64,000 bases of DNA, taken from the NCBI GenBank assembly GCA_035526705.1, contig DATLBX010000017.1:34507-98506 (forward strand), given 5' to 3'. The position numbers were made by a program, and so were the translations under genes. Shown in pieces: positions 62,841 to 64,000 of this stretch. The stretch's first letter is position 1; each line of letters starts with the position of its first letter. A model generated the notes under the pieces. The model worked only from the letters and a program-made list of their open reading frames with translations, was not told the origin of the DNA and did no database searches. Origin of the DNA: Acidimicrobiales bacterium. Its GTDB lineage: Bacteria; Actinomycetota; Acidimicrobiia; Acidimicrobiales; JAHWKP01.

Positions 62841-63863
62841 CTACTTGCCGCGCCGCCCTGAAATGGCTCGCCCCGCGGCCAGCAGCGCGGCACGGGTCCC
62901 CAGTCCCAGCGCCACGACAGGCAGGAGGAGGCGATCGCGCCCACCCCCAGCGGTCAGCGTGGCGAACCGGAACAGCGACCGGTGGTGCGCCACGATCATG
63001 CGGTAGGGGTGCCTGGCCGACGAAACCCCCTGCACATGGACGACCCGAGCGCCCGGCATGTAGAGGGTCGACCATCCGGCATCGCGCAGGCGGCGGCACA
63101 GATCGACGTCCTCCGCGTACATGAAGAACGACTCGTCGAAACCGCGAATCTCGTCGAACGCCGACCGGCGCAGCATCATGCACGACCCTGAAATCCAGTC
63201 CACGGTCTGGGCGCGGTCGAGGGCGCGGTCCGACATGAGGTACCGGCGGCTCCAGGGATTGTTCCGCCAGATGAGGCCCAGGAACCCGTGCCCGATCGAG
63301 TCGGTGACGCTGGGAAAGGTGCGAGCCGAGGGATAGACGTCGCCGGACGGCGTGTCGACTCTGGGCCCCGCGGCTCCAGCGGCCTCGTCGTCGAGGAGCG
63401 CCTGGACCAGATGGGCCGGCGCCTTCGCGTCGAACAGCGTGTCCGGATTGCAGACGAGAAGGAACTCACGGTCCGTGGACCGGGCGCCACGGTTCGCGGC
63501 TCCGCCGTAGCCGAGGTTGGCCCCGGTCTGGAGAAAGACAGTGTCGGGGTGCTTCTCCGCGAGAGGCACTTCGGAGCCGTCGGTAGACGCGTTGTCGGCG
63601 ACGACTATCGAAGTCACCCCGGCCGCCTCGAGGCTGGCGACGCATTCGAGCAGGTGGTCCTTCGCGTTGTAGTTGACGATGACCGCCCCGACCCGGGCGG
63701 CGAGCTCCCCGGGGGGCGTGCTACTCAGCGACCCAGGCCCTCGTACTCGAATCCCAGATTGCGCAAGGGCGCCGCGTCGAGGAGGTTGCGGGCGTCGACG
63801 ATGGCGGCGTGTTTCATCGAGCCGGCCACCTTCTCGAAGTCGAGCCAGCGGAATTCGTCCCAT
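62841..63863 (-). CDS. Family-2 glycosyltransferase, WbbL-like rhamnosyltransferase type (start codon uncertain)
   Basis: AVIVNYNAKD, VADNASTDGS, CNPD and FFMYAEDVDLCRR. The only ATG (63863) overlaps the upstream gene by 139 nt; see the finding on this start. Confidence 0.75.
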   Translation of the reverse strand: MGRIPLARLREGGRLDETRRHRRRPQPPRRGALAQSGIRVRGPGSLSSTPPGELAARVGAVIVNYNAKDHLLECVASLEAAGVTSIVVADNASTDGSEVPLAEKHPDTVFLQTGANLGYGGAANRGARSTDREFLLVCNPDTLFDAKAPAHLVQALLDDEAAGAAGPRVDTPSGDVYPSARTFPSVTDSIGHGFLGLIWRNNPWSRRYLMSDRALDRAQTVDWISGSCMMLRRSAFDEIRGFDESFFMYAEDVDLCRRLRDAGWSTLYMPGARVVHVQGVSSARHPYRMIVAHHRSLFRFATLTAGGGRDRLLLPVVALGLGTRAALLAAGRAISGRRGK

Positions 63864-64000
63864 TCAGTGAGCACTGCCAGAGCGGAGGCGCCTTCGACGG
63901 CCGCATACGGATCGGAGACGATCTGAATGCCCTCGAGTTCCGGCGTCGGCCCTTTCACGGTCGGGTCATAAGCGACCACGTGCGCGTTGCGCTCCCGGAG
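63725..64000 (-). CDS. UDP-glucose/GDP-mannose dehydrogenase family protein, C-terminal part (Ugd-like), truncated by window end
   Basis: YDP...VLTEWDEFR...IVDARNLLD...GFEYEGLGR C-terminal pattern. The frame stays open to nt 64000. Confidence 0.8.
   Translation of the reverse strand, partial: LRERNAHVVAYDPTVKGPTPELEGIQIVSDPYAAVEGASALAVLTEWDEFRWLDFEKVAGSMKHAAIVDARNLLDAAPLRNLGFEYEGLGR

Overview
Very GC-rich, extremely gene-dense segment: almost no intergenic DNA, and many ATGA/GTGA/TGATG start-stop overlaps. It reads like a chromosomal region of an Actinomycetota genome. Supporting signs are F420 genes cofD/cofE next to manC-like and wbbL-like sugar genes (the mycobacterial order), CWB2 wall-binding repeats and lipoprotein lipoboxes. 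The exact taxon cannot be determined from the sequence alone. I support about 50 protein-coding genes. I found no rRNA, tRNA, CRISPR array, transposase or integrase. Blocks: (1) 6-6979, three beta-lactamase-fold serine hydrolases (one fused to an S9 peptidase) plus an LLM oxidoreductase. (2) 7177-9665, four tandem paralogs of a ~200-aa secreted protein with no family I can name. (3) 9731-22239, a seven-gene coupled minus-strand operon. It encodes a Cys-less transglutaminase-like membrane protein, three orphan lipoproteins, a fused LivH-LivM permease, an MFS + LivF + LivG triple fusion and a DPP-IV-like peptidase, with no classical binding protein. This is my best candidate for an undescribed system. 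(4) 22527-27646, a surface-anchored protein, an alpha/beta hydrolase, phhA, a GMC oxidoreductase and a membrane thioredoxin-like protein. (5) 27699-44504, envelope glycan biosynthesis. It includes a giant GT2-polytopic protein with a DUF5719-like partner, and FAD oxidoreductase, DUF2142-like and GT-C genes. It also holds a Wzm/Wzt ABC-transporter-dependent operon with a methyltransferase-coiled-coil, WbdD-like candidate chain terminator. (6) 44577-49164, a CWB2-anchored large secreted protein and an amidase fused to an FG-GAP propeller. (7) 49252-54452, aminotransferase, DmpA-like, M19 dipeptidase, PhnZ-like HD protein and PLP dehydratase genes. (8) 55198-64000, VOC protein, GT2s, cofD, short cofE, F420-type LLM, epimerase, NDP-sugar pyrophosphorylase, a His-rich membrane protein, a WbbL-like GT2 and a partial Ugd-like dehydrogenase. 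Many starts were moved inward from the ORF track because high GC creates long spurious 5' extensions. All functions are inferred from motifs read by eye, and no database search was run.
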